Source: Octopus vulgaris (taxonomy: Eukaryota). From it: a stretch of 64,000 nucleotides of DNA. The stretch spans positions 40,486,001-40,550,000 of the forward strand of contig OX597831.1 of the NCBI GenBank assembly GCA_951406725.2. Reading direction: 5' to 3'. Shown here one piece after another: positions 42,301 through 55,276 of this stretch (position 1 is its first letter; each line of letters starts with the position of its first letter). The translations under genes and the position numbers were made by a program. A model generated the notes under the pieces. The model made no database searches, was not told where the DNA came from, and was given only the letters and a program-made list of their open reading frames with translations.

Positions 42301-42480
42301 AATTGCCCTAGCAGAAGCGTAAATAATTTCATTTAACTCAGTAAAATCAGGTTTTAATTCTCGTATTATTTCATTTGTTACATAGTTGCCAATTTGGATT
42401 TGTTTTTTATTTTGGTTTGTATTTGAGAGTTTATGAAGCGGTTCTCTATCATTCATACTTGTATGTCTTACAACTTCAAC
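39310..42480 (-). mobile_element. R4/Dong-like LINE inserted in a (TAA)n tract
   Basis: ORF plus about 180 bp 3' UTR ending in A-rich/TAA sequence, with (TAA)n on both sides. Dong elements are known to target TAA repeats. Confidence 0.85.
39496..42480 (-). CDS. Non-LTR retrotransposon ORF: reverse transcriptase, CCHC zinc knuckle and restriction-like endonuclease (R4/Dong clade), 5'-truncated
   Basis: 986-aa ORF with RT motifs YRPITCL..YK, QKG, WIDYKKAFDS, GIFQGDSLSP, FYMDDLKL and YKYLG; CRFC..H..C knuckle; RLE motifs RHD, KPDIVV, IDMSIP, K..KY. The frame stays open 8 codons upstream of the ATG to the (TAA)n junction at 42480. Confidence 0.95.
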   Translation of the reverse strand, partial: VEVVRHTSMNDREPLHKLSNTNQNKKQIQIGNYVTNEIIRELKPDFTELNEIIYASARAIETSCMPPKKQRKQNLGRNQTWRSKIEKEIEFMRGEISILNELICGNDVRSRTGRKMKRKFGSSPREELISIKETLKQKVQAKAQRIRRFEKRNKFYKQNKLFTSNAKKFYREIGKEKVTVKDPPPMEEVQNFWERIWSDKKTYNINADWIIQTEGSYQNLQQQAWEDITIADLRKALTKAHNWKSPGKDRVPNFWLASLPCAHGKLVQLLNGILRDPKKTPEWLASGITYLLPKNNETNLPKNYRPITCLSTTYKILTSILAEKTYAFMEKNDIFPIEQKGCRRGSYGCKDQLLINRMILENCHNKRRNLSTAWIDYKKAFDSIPHPWILRSLDIFKISPVISNFLKHNMSLWNTNLQLYHSNGVLASENININCGIFQGDSLSPLIFCIALIPLTSELNRTGYGYKIANKKISHLFYMDDLKLYGKDNNELEGLLRTVKAFSDDIGMEFGLEKCAKATFQKGKVKTTNSVVLDVDTVIRELEQEQTYKYLGINEGSGIQHASMKEKIRKECYRRVRAVLKSELNARNKVLAINSLAVPVVTYSYNVLNWNMSEVKNIDRKIRKLLSCNRMHHPKADVDRLYLPRAQGGRGLIQFELAYKTTTIGLAKYLEISNDWMLKLVENHERRKKLHSIIKESKKFAIDLVQDTQTEQPEGSTATIVAKKVKMMAMKKAHEQLADRWEEKPLHGKYVTRSKQADVDQKQTHQWLRSSGLKAESEGFILAAQDQSLLTRNYQANVMKNGADPKCRFCNDMIETVDHLISGCKVLAPVEYKLRHDRVGQYLHWLISRHYNIKTADKWYNHHPEAVTEGENVTILWDFPVHTDRTIKANKPDIVVKDQNNKVCLLIDMSIPCDHNISAKEFDKLRKYKDLLIEIEKMWHLKAVTIPVIVGALGMIKKGTENYMRMIPGLPSLQEVQKIVLTGTSHVLRRALSM

Positions 42481-42540
<60 letters not shown>

Positions 42541-42552
42541 GTCTTCTTCTTC

Positions 42553-42675
<123 letters not shown>

Positions 42676-43291
42676 TCACTGCATGGAATCGAACTCGGAA
42701 TCATGGGGTTAGTAACCTGCACTTAACCACTATAATAATAATGATAACATCGAAAAATAACTTAGGAATGAGAACTCAGGTTCGAAATTTCCCCAAGACA
42801 CCCGATGAAGGCTGGAGGGTATATCAGCCGAAAAGTTGTGTTAACAATAAACAAGAGGAGGACAAATATCCGTCAAATGTAAATAATGTACATAATTCCT
42901 CATCTCCTAAATATCGAATTGTAATGCTGATTTATAAATGTTTACATGAATGTGTATGACACTATAGCAAATATTCATACGTGCTAGCTTATCGCTTCCC
43001 AATTCACTCTATGTTCTTCCTCAAGTGACCACATTCAAAATCCGGCGTGTAAATTTAACCATCCATGTGAGTCGGCTGTTCAGTCAGTCTTGATAAAAAT
43101 TTTGTTGTCCTCCTTCTTTCCAGTCTACTTCCCTTTGAAGAACCACTTAACCACAGAACTAAAAGTGCCTGTGATCACCCTAAATAAACTGCGATATTCA
43201 TTCCGTTTTCTCTCATTCATCAAGCCAACACACACACGCATATATGACCATAATAACTTTATACATGTACATACATACACTTACTTTATAT

Positions 43292-43323
<32 letters not shown>

Positions 43324-43521
43324 ATAATATATAATATATATAATATATAATATATAATAATATTTAAATATCTAATATTGGAGTGCCTGTGTTGTAAGTA
43401 GCTTGCTTATCAATCACATGGTTCAAGGTTCAGTCCTTCAGCAAGTGTCATCTACAATAGCCTCGGGCAGACCAAAGCCTTGTGACTGGATTTGGTAGAC
43501 GGAAACTGAAAGAAGCACGTC

Positions 43522-43611
<90 letters not shown>

Positions 43612-43977
43612 ATGTCTGTGTTTGTTCTCCCAACAAATGCTGGTGTGTTTACGTATCCGTAACTTACCGGTTATATATATATATATATAAAGGGCAGCCA
43701 AACCCAAACCAAGAAAAAATGTAATTCTAAAGAGAATGATACAAAAAATATTTATAGTTAATCCCAAACTCGAGTTTTTGTTTTAATGAACAAATAAACT
43801 AAATTATCATCCGTACTACGTCAGCAGGATCGCTAACGCAAGCATAATTATATAGCTAATAGGTACCGAAATCACACGTGCGTGCTGAAAATTTAGACAT
43901 GTTTTCAAATCAACCGCGCAAGTGCAGTTACATAATCAGCATCAAATAATTACTACCCTTATAATTTTCACAGTATA

Positions 43978-44045
<68 letters not shown>

Positions 44046-45116
44046 AATCAACTCACAAAGCTTTGGTCGGTCCAAGGCTATAGTAGAAGCCATTTGCCCT
44101 TGGTGCCACGCAGTGGGAATGAACCCGGAACCATGCGGCTGGGAATCAGGCTTCTTACCGCAAAATGATGACCGCGCCTTTATATACTCATAGTGTATGT
44201 ATGTATGTATGTATGTATGTATGTATGTATGTATGTATGTATGTATGTATGTATGTATGTACGTATGTATTTATGTATGTATGTATGTATGTAAGTAGGT
44301 ATGTGTATATATAGAATTTAATGTGTGTATATTCGTATATACATACATATATGCGGTGTTGAGAGGGAATGTACACAAACAATAAATACACAAGAATTGT
44401 ATTAGAAACGAAAGTTGAGCAAAGATGATGTATCATCACTTTCACTAAGGAGTATATCGGTTTCAACACTTCAGACAGAACTGCATAATTTTGGAGTTAA
44501 GAACCGTTATATACAGTTGGTAAGCAATATGTATCAGGGGACTGACATGGAAAGATATGATTAACTGTGCAATAAAACCTGGATATATAAGTTTCTGTTC
44601 TCCTAATTTTTATTAATTTATATATATATATATATATATGCACACACATACTTATACATACACGCACGGACGCACACAGTCACGCACACGCCGCGCACAC
44701 TGACACACACACATATATTTGCCTGTCTGAATATCTATCTACAATTTATCTCTAGTTCTGTTCTGATCATTGATTTCTCATTCATTTTGCAACACATGAC
44801 AAGCAGACATATCAGTGTCTTTCCCGGTATTTATCTAGTGTAATCGTTCCTCTTTTATCCGTAATTTCCTCCTCATTGCACGCACACTACTATTTTGTGT
44901 TGGTCACTTTTGTTGTATTTTTGTTGTAATCGATCCATGTTTTGTTTCTTATCGTAAAATGATATAGTGTTCTAATCAACCAGTGATTACCTTTTCAGCT
45001 CTAACCCTAACCATACATACGACCTTCTCTCTGCTTTTATGCTCTCTCTTTTTCACCTGTACAGTTTTCTTTTTCTTATTTTTTTGTGCCACTTCTCCAC
45101 TATATATATATATATA

Positions 45117-45150
45117 TTCTGTTGAAGAGCGTAGGCTCGAAACGTAAAAG
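45117..45150 (+). ncRNA. Minimal hammerhead-like motif, family B
   Basis: UU-CUGUUGA-a-GAGC guag GCUC-GAAAC GUA^AAAG. Confidence 0.6.
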
Positions 45151-45402
45151 ACATGTTCATTTTCTTGAGCGTCAAACTAATACACTTGCTTTTTGTTCAT
45201 ACATCTGTCATCGTCTTTTGTTTTTCTATAAATTTCAAATATATATACGAATGCGTAGAAAAGCGAAAGAAGATCAGGCAACAAATTTATTGGCAATTTC
45301 ATGTATGGATCAAAACAGTTTATTTCAAATTCGTTGGTGCTCTTGAGTTTCAAGCGTGATGCTAGTTGTCAGCCATTTTGAATTGGCCGAGGACTATCAT
45401 CA

Positions 45403-45450
<48 letters not shown>

Positions 45451-47534
45451 GGATTATGTGTGCGTGTGTGTAGTTCACAGATGTGACCCAGAGATTCTCC
45501 ATATAGAAGACACATAGGCGACTCATCTTATCCAATGTTAATTGCATCCATACGGCCGCTAAAAACCTACCATATATACTGCTAGTCTCACGATCCTGTT
45601 GTCTGCTAGAGAACGGTAGGGATTCGCTCCCCTGCTAGCAATACATATCTATGTACATGGTGGAGCGCTGCACCGATTACAATTAGCTACTTTGCTTCTT
45701 GCAAATCAGTGACCAATGGTCGCTTTGTTTACAATACATTACTGACTGGAGCGGACTTTGACTATATTTCTGGCGACCAGGTGCTCGCCAATGAAACTGA
45801 GTCAGTTACGAGATCCTGTTATCTTCTTGAGCATGGTAGAGGTTCACTCCTTTGCAAGTACTCTAGTATAATCAAGGTTCTGGCTAACCTGTGGTTCTCT
45901 TCAAAACCCATCGAGGTCACCCTTTGAATAAGTTGCATGGATACGTATATCCTGGATGAACTGAGAATGCAATTGAACCAAAAGGATACAACTTGATGCT
46001 ATGTCTTGAGATAACTATGCACATATCGGATAGGAATTTTAAGAGAATATCTTGTATTACTTCAGCAATTTTCTGCTTGCAGAACCCGCCATTATATATA
46101 TATATAGATTAGAAAAAAACACCTTTTATCAATTCAAGATGAACAATTAATTTACACCATCTAGAAAATTACATATAATAGAAATATTAAAATTAAAATA
46201 ACAATAATATACCGATGATTAAGTAAATTGCAAAAAAATATACGTTTTTATTATTTTGTTGCAATTTACTTAATCATCGGTATGTTATTTTTATTTTAAT
46301 TCTAATATTTCTATTATATGTAATTTTCTAGATGGTATAATTTAATTGTTCATTTTGAATTGATAAAAGGTGTTTTTATTCTAATTTATATATATATATA
46401 TATATATATATTATATTGTATGAAATTTGATTTAGTATTTCTAAATTGAATTTTTCCCTGTAATTTAGGATTGATATTCACTCAAATATATATATATATA
46501 TATGAATATATGGGAGTTGACCTGGCTGGTTCGCTAGCGCGTCGAACAAAATGCTTAGCAACATTTCGTCTGTCTTTTACGTTCTTAGCTTAAATTCCAC
46601 CCTGATCGCCTTTGCTTTTCGTCCTTTCGGAGTATATAAAATAAGTACCAGTTGCGTACTCGGGTCGATGCAGTTGACCTAGCCCCTTCCTCTCAAAAAA
46701 GTTGCCCTTGTTGCAAAAATTGAAACCATTATAACTGAACATGAAAAGAACATTAACATATATATGTGTGTGTGCGCGTGTGTGTGTTTATATGCATAGC
46801 CTGCGCGCCTTGTCGGTCGTGTGGCATCATTCGAAAGCTGCAAGAGCAACGGCAATGCGAGGAAGTGCATCGTGACAAGCGGTGTATAACAACATTTGGT
46901 AGTCTGGTCGATAGAATGATAAAATGATATATATATATATATATATATATGTGTATATGAGAGAGAGAGGGGTGATAGAAATCAGGAGAAAGTAGAAGGA
47001 GAGAGACAAAAAGAGGAAGAGATAGAACTTTTTAGGAGAAGCAATTAAAACAGGCCAAGAATACTGCATATACACCATCATTCTGCAGGCTAGAAATGGC
47101 AGCAAAATTTTGCTTCCAATCACACAGCACTGGTTTTCATTAAACATAATTTACATCGAATAATATGCTCCGAGACAAACTGCGTCTAAATATCAAATAT
47201 GTATAAATAAATAAATAAATAAATAAAAATACTGGTGTATTTGCGACTGAAACACAGTCGATGGTATATTTTTTGGATCAGGTTTACTTGCAGCTAACCA
47301 TCATTATCATCATCATCATCATCAACATCATCGTCGTCGTCGTCGTCATCAATAACAAGAATTATAAACGAAAGACAGGATGTGAGACGATGTTTAGCGA
47401 AATTATTTCCGGGAGAACGAAATGTTTCACGGAAGCAATTAGAAAACAAAAATGATCGAATTGACAATGCTTATTTATATCCGAAACCAAATTATTTACA
47501 AACCAAAACAATGCAACTATTACATAGCCGCTTA

Positions 47535-47927
47535 ATACGAGGCGGAGGCTGAACAGTATCACGGAAGCCTGTTTGGCGGCCCAACCTTCAGATTTCTTTT
47601 ACAGGGATGAGCAAAACTGAAGGACCGTTGCCATAAATGTGGGAGTCTGAGAGAGGAATACGTTGAATAAAATCATAATTAAGTGATCCTCCAGGATATT
47701 TTTTACCCAAAGCTGTCATAGATATATATATACTAGGGGTATGCTGAAAAGTTCCTGGCTTTAAGGGTATAGCGAAAGGCCTGGCTGGAGGCTCAAACTT
47801 CCGAGCTTTTTAACAGGGCTTAAAAAACTGAAGGATTGCTGCAATGGGTGTGTGAATCTGAGAGGGGAAATATGTTGAACAAAATCATAATTAACTGGTT
47901 CTTCTGTATTTTCTTTACCCAAAGCCA
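47535..47927 (+). mobile_element. Two tandem mariner-derived short elements
   Basis: Each unit starts with a tacgagg/tactagggg..gctgaa TIR-like end and carries a KLKDRCHKC.SLR.EYVE*-like transposase tail, ending in tttacccaaagc. Confidence 0.55.
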
Positions 47928-48559
47928 GCAGCTAAGCCCGGTTTCACCCGGGCGGGTTGGATAATGTGGCTGTAAAACCTGCTCTGTGTAAGCATTCGAC
48001 TTGTTTGGGCACGCTTACATTAAAAAGCAATTTTAGAATGACCTTTTTCTGTCAAAACGCTAGAAATAACCGATCAACAAAAAAGGCCAGCCAAGATACA
48101 ACCAAATCAATGAATAAACCCAAATACTAAGCGAACAAGGATGAACCATCCCACTTCCATTGCGCGCGCACACGTACACACGAACACACAAACACACACG
48201 CACGCACACACACACACACACACACATTCACATAACCCCCTTTTACATACACACACATATATTCACACAGAGTTGAAACACTGTTTGATTTATTTTTTAC
48301 AATTTTCATCCTCCCACTACTAATTATGACATCACCCCATCCTCCCTTATTTATCTATCACCCCTTCCTTTCTCATTCATAAACACAAGAATATCATAAT
48401 AGTAGATTATCTCGAGAACCATGGGAGCTATGAAAAAAGATACAAAGCCCAGCATCACCACCGGATCATTCTACACATCTGCGTAATTTTTCGTGCAATT
48501 CCACCCAGCCGTTTGACCGTGAATCCCAAGACACGAATCGACCATGTCAAATTTATATG

Positions 48560-48604
<45 letters not shown>

Positions 48605-48787
48605 ATACATACATATATATAAGTATATATATAGGTGTAGGAGTGGCTGAATGGTAAGTAGCTTGCTTACCAACCACATGGTTCCGAGTTCAGTCCCACT
48701 GCGGGGCACCTTGGGCAAGTGTCTTAAAGCCTTGTGAGTGGATTTGGTAGACGGAAACTGAAAGAAGTCCGTCGTATATATGTATAT

Positions 48788-48818
<31 letters not shown>

Positions 48819-48899
48819 CTGTTAGTCTGTGTTTGTCCTCCTAACATCGCTTGACAACCGATGCTGGTGTGTTTACGTCCCCGTGACTTAGCAGTTCTG

Positions 48900-49260
48900 T
48901 TTTGGAAATCAGCCGTCCTCTGGACACAAATGTGGTTAGAAACATACAAGAGAAAGAGGACATCTATGAACCATTGATAAGGGGTTTGCAAATCCTGTAC
49001 TTAAGATACACTTTCAGCTTCATATCTATTATTATTGGGGCAATGGGACAATACTTAGCCGTCTGGTGCAAAGTATGGCTGAACATAGGTTCTTGGGAAG
49101 AGAATGTATATCCTTAATTCATATGCTACGAATGATTACGATATTTGTGACTCTAAAGATCTCCAAGACATTTTTAGGATTTAAATGACGATGAACGAAA
49201 CGAAATGTCTCTTTTCATAACCTTGCAAGCAAGTGGGTGGCCGGTGAAGATTTTCTCTAA
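48900..49260 (+). pseudogene. 3' RLE-domain fragment of another non-LTR element
   Basis: LEISRPLDTNVVRNIQEKEDIYEPLIRGLQILY..FSFISIIIGAMG resembles the RLE C-terminal pattern ExSxP..K..Y..L...IIIGA.G. Confidence 0.6.
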
Positions 49261-50170
49261 ATTAAAAACAGAAAAAGAAGAACACACGCACACACACACA
49301 CACAACACACACACACGCACACATACATATATACAACATATGGGGATTTAGTTCATAGGTGATCTAAACGACTAGGTACGGTAGGTAAGTACTGTAACGG
49401 ATTACTAGGCTTCCAAGGTTATAGCCGAGACGGTAATTATGGAGCCATTGTAGATTTCCGATATATCGGATATATAATTGTTAAAGAGGTCAACAAATGT
49501 TAAAGCAAGGCAAACAGCTCAAGTCATACATTATTATTATTGGGAAAAAAATTCAGTCTTACAGCCGTTTCCGGGATATCCCAGAATATGGAGTATCCCA
49601 TACTCCGAGATATCCCAGAAACAGCTGTAAGACTTTGGATTTTTTCCAATAATAATAATGTATATGACTTGAGATGTTTGCCTTGCTTTAACGTTTGTTG
49701 TCCTCTTTAACACTTTTACATGCATACATACATATATATTCATCTATATATGTGTATATATATATATAATTTTTCGCCACCAGCGGTCCCTGATATTGAT
49801 TAATTAATGATTTTTTGGCTAATTCTGAAATTAAATCAGCAGTTTATATTTGTTGCTGAGAAGTTGGCGAGGTGACGGTAGATTTTGAAAATTTAGAATA
49901 TATATTCTCGAGGCGTCGATGCTGTCGCCTCGTGGATATATATTTCCCTGGCTTCTTTGCTGACGAGACAGGCCAGTGGCAAATAGATTTAATTTAATTT
50001 AATTAAATCGGCTTGCCAATATGTATGTCGAAACTATGTATAGTCCAAAGATGATAAGGGTAAATGTTTTTATTTTCCTTTGGTTTCTGAATTACAACTA
50101 TTTAGCGGTTTGAGTTTAGCTGCTCTTTCTAGTGGGTCGAATGGCCTATCAAGGCCATTCCTCAATATTG

Positions 50171-50205
<35 letters not shown>

Positions 50206-51180
50206 TAGATAGATAGATAGATATACACGACAATATTCTCATAATTTCCATCAATGAAATCTATTCATAAGTCTTTGGTCGACCCGAGGCTAGGGTAGAA
50301 GACATTTTCCCAAGGTGCTGAGCAATGGGACTGAAACCAGAACCATGCGGTTGGGAATCAAACTTCTTTACCACACAGCCGCGCCGGCACCAATCAGCGT
50401 ATTTCTCTTTCAGAATGATTTTGGTGACGCTTTTGAAAAAGTAAAAGTTATGAAAAGTGAACTATAGACAAACAACAACCGGCGAGTGTATTAATAAATT
50501 TTATCAATTAGGACTCTTCATAAACACAACAATATTGGTTTCAACACGTGGTAGTTTCTAATTAAAATTCAAAATTCATGCGAAACAAATTCAGAATCGA
50601 ATTATTATAAATTAATTTGATTTTCTTTTTAATATTACGATACTTTTGATTTATGAATGCGATCTCTGTGTGCAATTTTGCATTATATCATGACAATAAA
50701 TCTATTGTATTCATTATCTTGGCTTTCGTCGCTCTAATCTTCTTCACGTTGGTCTATTAACATTTTAAAATAAACATCCGTTATAAAAACTAGCGCTGGC
50801 CTTTGATCCACTTTATTTTCTTTAAGCAGCGTCACTTTTGAAAAGGAGAATTTAAATGATACACTCGCTGCGTAGCCACGTGGCTTCAATATGATGGCGC
50901 CACTGAAACGCACTGTACTATCTTTTTGTCCTTTATCTTTCTTTTATTAATTTTTTTATTATTTGTTTCAGCTCATTTGGACAGCGGTCCTGCTGGAGCA
51001 CTGCACCTTCCTTGAAGAGTATCTTTTTTTTATTATTATAAAGTACGTTACTTATTTTATCAAGATTTATTTTTTATCAACGAACCGCTAAGTTTCGGAG
51101 GACGTAAACCAGTACCGGTCGTCAAGCAGTGGTGGAAAGCACAAATATTACGAAAACATAAGCACAAACACGCACACATG

Positions 51181-51222
<42 letters not shown>

Positions 51223-51356
51223 TACACACATATGCGTCTCGTCTCTCTCTTTATATATATATATACATAATAATAAATAATAATAATGAAATTATTGTAT
51301 ACAGTGCTCAGGTGCACCACAACATGTATATGTATATACATATATATATATATGTA

Positions 51357-51400
<44 letters not shown>

Positions 51401-51419
51401 TATATATATATATATATAA

Positions 51420-51760
51420 AGGGTAAAGACCCCCTTCGGTCATGAATGACCATGGGATTGCACCTAGAAAGTTACCCTCCTAGACACAAGTCCGGGCAAG
51501 GTTGTTTATGGAAGACCAGCAGTCGCCCATGCATACCAGACTCCCCTCCTCACGCCACCAGTGTTATCCAAGGGAAAGACAAAGGTCGATACAGCTTGGC
51601 ACCAATGACGTCGCAACTCATTTCTACAGCTGAGTGAACTGGAGCAACGTGAAATAAAGTGCCTTGCTCAAGAACACAACACGCAGCCCGGTCCGGGATT
51701 CGAGCTCACAACCTCACGATCGTAAGCTCGACGCTCTAAGCACTGAGCCATGCGCCTTCA
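51420..51760 (-). mobile_element. SINE S2
   Basis: Colinear with 21930-22278. Confidence 0.85.
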
Positions 51761-51882
51761 TATATATATACAAATATACATACATATGTATATATATATG
51801 TATATATATATATATATATGTATGTATATATATATATATATATATATGCGTGTGTGTATATGTGTATATATGCAGGTACATC

Positions 51883-51924
<42 letters not shown>

Positions 51925-51961
51925 CACATGTATCTCTCCCTCTCGATACATATATATATAT

Positions 51962-52342
51962 ATTCTTTTATTCTTTTACTTGTTTCAGTCATTTATTTGA
52001 CTACGGTCATGCTGGGGTACCGCCATTAGTCGAGCAAATCGATCCCAAGACTTATTCTTTGTAAGCCCAGTACTTATTCTATCGGTCACTTTTACCGAAC
52101 CGCTAAGTTACGGGACGTAAACACAGCAGCATCGGTTGTCAGGCGATAGGACAAACATACACACAAACATATACATATAGATATACATATACATATATAT
52201 ATACACGACGGGCTTCTTTCAGTTTCCGTCTACCAAATCCACTCACAAGGCTTTGGTCGGCCCAAGACTATAGTAGAAAACTTTTGCCCAAGATGCCACG
52301 CAGTGGGACTGAACCCGGAACAATGTGTAAGCAAGCTACTTA
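51962..52342 (-). mobile_element. SINE S1
   Basis: Full-length reverse copy. Confidence 0.85.
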
Positions 52343-52901
52343 CCAAACAGCTACTCCTGCGCTCAGTTGAATTAGGTACTTAGGTTGAGTCACCTCGTTA
52401 GGTCTGAGTAACATGGTTACTCAACAGTATTAAGTGACTATAAGACTTGGTACATAAGTACCGTCCACATGATATTCATGCAGTGTATGCAGGTAATAAG
52501 ACCCAGCTGCGTGAACATATCCGCCCTTATCTAATAGTAAAAACGCTATAATATTTACGAAGCGTAGACTCCCGGGCAGGTGAATAACATATGAGTCACA
52601 AAGAGGTGCGGCTGTCAATTGCGAGATTATTAATGTTTATAGTAGGGGGAGAAGGTAATTGACACAGGTGACCTAGTTATCTAAACTTCTAACAATAGAG
52701 GAAGGATCGGCTCCGCTCGTCTAGATTTTATCTTAAAGAAGTCATTTAGGTGTGCTGGTCAGTGGCGTCCTAAATTCTTCTTTGTTCTGACCAAATATAC
52801 ACACTTCTGATAAGTTCATTCTGCCAACTAAACGGTTGCAGGATAAATGTAAATATTTGTACTCTGTGAATCTGTTAGCTATGTTGAATAAGTTGATCTG
52901 T

Positions 52902-52955
52902 CCTTTATAACGGTTTCTTTACAGTGATGTAATGTTCTCATCAATCAAATAAAGG
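52902..52955 (-). ncRNA. Possible degenerate hammerhead
   Basis: CCUUUAU uuga UUGAUGA gaaca UUACA ucac UGUAA a GAAAC c GUU^AUAAAGG. Confidence 0.3.
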
Positions 52956-53003
52956 GGTCGTTGGAAACGGGTGTAACGGTTTGACACCTGTAACTCTTTG
53001 TTA

Positions 53004-53141
<138 letters not shown>

Positions 53142-53150
53142 ATATATATG

Positions 53151-53197
<47 letters not shown>

Positions 53198-53217
53198 GTA
53201 TGTATATATGTATATAT

Positions 53218-53276
<59 letters not shown>

Positions 53277-53665
53277 GGCGCAGGAGTGGCTGTGTGGTAA
53301 GTAGCTTGCTAACCAACCACATGGTTCTGGGTTCAGTCCCACTGCGTGGCATCTTGGGCAAGTGTCTTCTGCTATAGCCCCGGGCCGACCAATGCCTTGT
53401 GAGTGGATTTGGTAGACGGAAACTGAAAGAAGCCTGTCGTATATACGTATATATATATATGTGTCTGTGTTTGTCCCCCAAGCATTGCCTGACAACCGAT
53501 GCTGGTGTGTTTACGTCCCCGTCACTTAGCGGTTCGGCAAAAGAGACCGATAGAATAAGTACTGGGCTTACAAAGAATAAGTCCCGGGATCGATTTGCTC
53601 GACTAAAGGCGGTGCTCCAGCATGGCCGCAGTCAAATGACTGAAACAAGTAAAAGAGAGAGAGAG
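53277..53665 (+). mobile_element. SINE S1
   Basis: Full-length copy, ggcgcaggagtggctgtgtgg..gactgaaacaagtaaaaga. Confidence 0.85.
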
Positions 53666-53683
53666 TATATGTACATATATATT

Positions 53684-53729
<46 letters not shown>

Positions 53730-53910
53730 TAACATGATAGATCGCTAGCCACTACACATTCTTTATTTTCTCTCCTTGTTCCTTTCTGTGGAAGAGCGTA
53801 GGCTCGAAAAGTTTAAGAATTTTTCGCTTCCCGAGCGTTAAATTATTACATCTGTTTGTTGTCTACACCACCTGTCCTCGTTTTTTGCTTTTTTGTGAAT
53901 TCTCTCCTAT
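53730..53910 (+). mobile_element. Family B element; degenerate HHR at 53782-53817
   Basis: cttt CTGTGGA a GAGC gtag GCTC GAAAA GTT. Confidence 0.65.
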
Positions 53911-53929
53911 ATATATATATTCGTATTAT

Positions 53930-54173
53930 TTATGTATATATGTCCGTTTTTCCGTCCTTGTTTCGTATACATTCGAAGCTTTTTTCCAAGGAATCTAATG
54001 CTCTTAGCTTAGTTTTTCTTTGGGGCTGGCCAGATTGGAGCAATCACAAGATTAATCAGCTGAAATTTCGAGGATGATCTGGTTCTTGACTGAAGATTGA
54101 AGGCTTCGAATGACCCATCCGTTTTTTTTTTTTGTAACGTCTTCTGAATGTTTTGCGTTCTTGTCCCATTTTG

Positions 54174-54175
<2 letters not shown>
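53930..54175 (+). mobile_element. R1 element copy; degenerate rearranged HHR at 54040-54105
   Basis: Same sequence family: GCAATC ACAAGA..AGCT GAA ATTTC..TCTTGA CTGAAGA TTGAA GGCT. Confidence 0.75.
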
Positions 54176-54207
<32 letters not shown>

Positions 54208-54809
54208 ATTCTCTAAAAGGGATATAGACAGTAACTGCTCGATAACATAAGGGACTAAAGCCATCTGAATATGGCTAGGGACAGGGCAGGGTGGTGGGGG
54301 TGTTACTGTTGCATTTAGCCCCAGGCGAACATCGACGTCACCAGAAAGGCTCGCGTACGGTGCCCTTAACCTGCACCCTTTGTTCTCTTATATGTAAGTA
54401 TACATTTCACTAAAGTTGGTACGACTCTACAACACTCTTTCTCTCCCCCCTCTCCTACATTTCTTTGTCTTTCTTTCTTTGCACGTCACTTTGCCCCCGT
54501 CTCTTTTTCTCGCTCTCTCTTTTCTCCTCCTCTTTAATTCCTTGTTCCTCTTTTCTCTCTCTTCTCCCCCTCCTTAATTCCTCTGTCCCTCTTTTCCTCT
54601 CTCTTCTCTTCACACGTGACCGACTGGCCGACTACTGGCCTTTTGGGTCTGGCAGCGGTCGTGGTAACATCAACATTTTTTCTCTGCTCCGAGGCACATT
54701 CCTAACACGCCAGCTGAGTTCAATTCGTCTAAGTCGAAAGACGCCTTTTGTGATGTCCTGTTATTGTTATTAATATTATTATTATTGTTGTTGTTTTTTC
54801 ATATTATTT

Positions 54810-55067
54810 ATGTATTCATATTCGTGTAACATCGTCTGTTTTTCCGTCCTTGTTTCGTATACATTCGAAGCTTTTTCTTTTTTCTAAGGAATCTAATGCT
54901 CTTAGCTTAGTTTTTCCTTGGGGCTGGCCAGATTGGAGCAATCTCAATATTAATCATCCGAAATTTTGCGGATGATCCGGTTCTTGACTGAAGATTCAAG
55001 GCTTCGAATGAATCGACCGTGTTTTTTGTAACGTCTTCTGAATGTTTTGCGTTCTTGTCCCATTTTG

Positions 55068-55070
<3 letters not shown>
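54810..55070 (+). mobile_element. R1 element copy; degenerate rearranged HHR at 54938-55003
   Basis: Same family, more substitutions; ends in (TA)n. Confidence 0.75.
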
Positions 55071-55123
<53 letters not shown>

Positions 55124-55154
55124 CATATATACATACATATATATATATATCATA

Positions 55155-55200
<46 letters not shown>

Positions 55201-55232
55201 AAATATATATAATATATATTCATGTGTGTGTG

Positions 55233-55276
<44 letters not shown>

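Noticed and set aside
45001-45012. ctaaccctaacc telomere-like motif
   Set aside because: Only two units.
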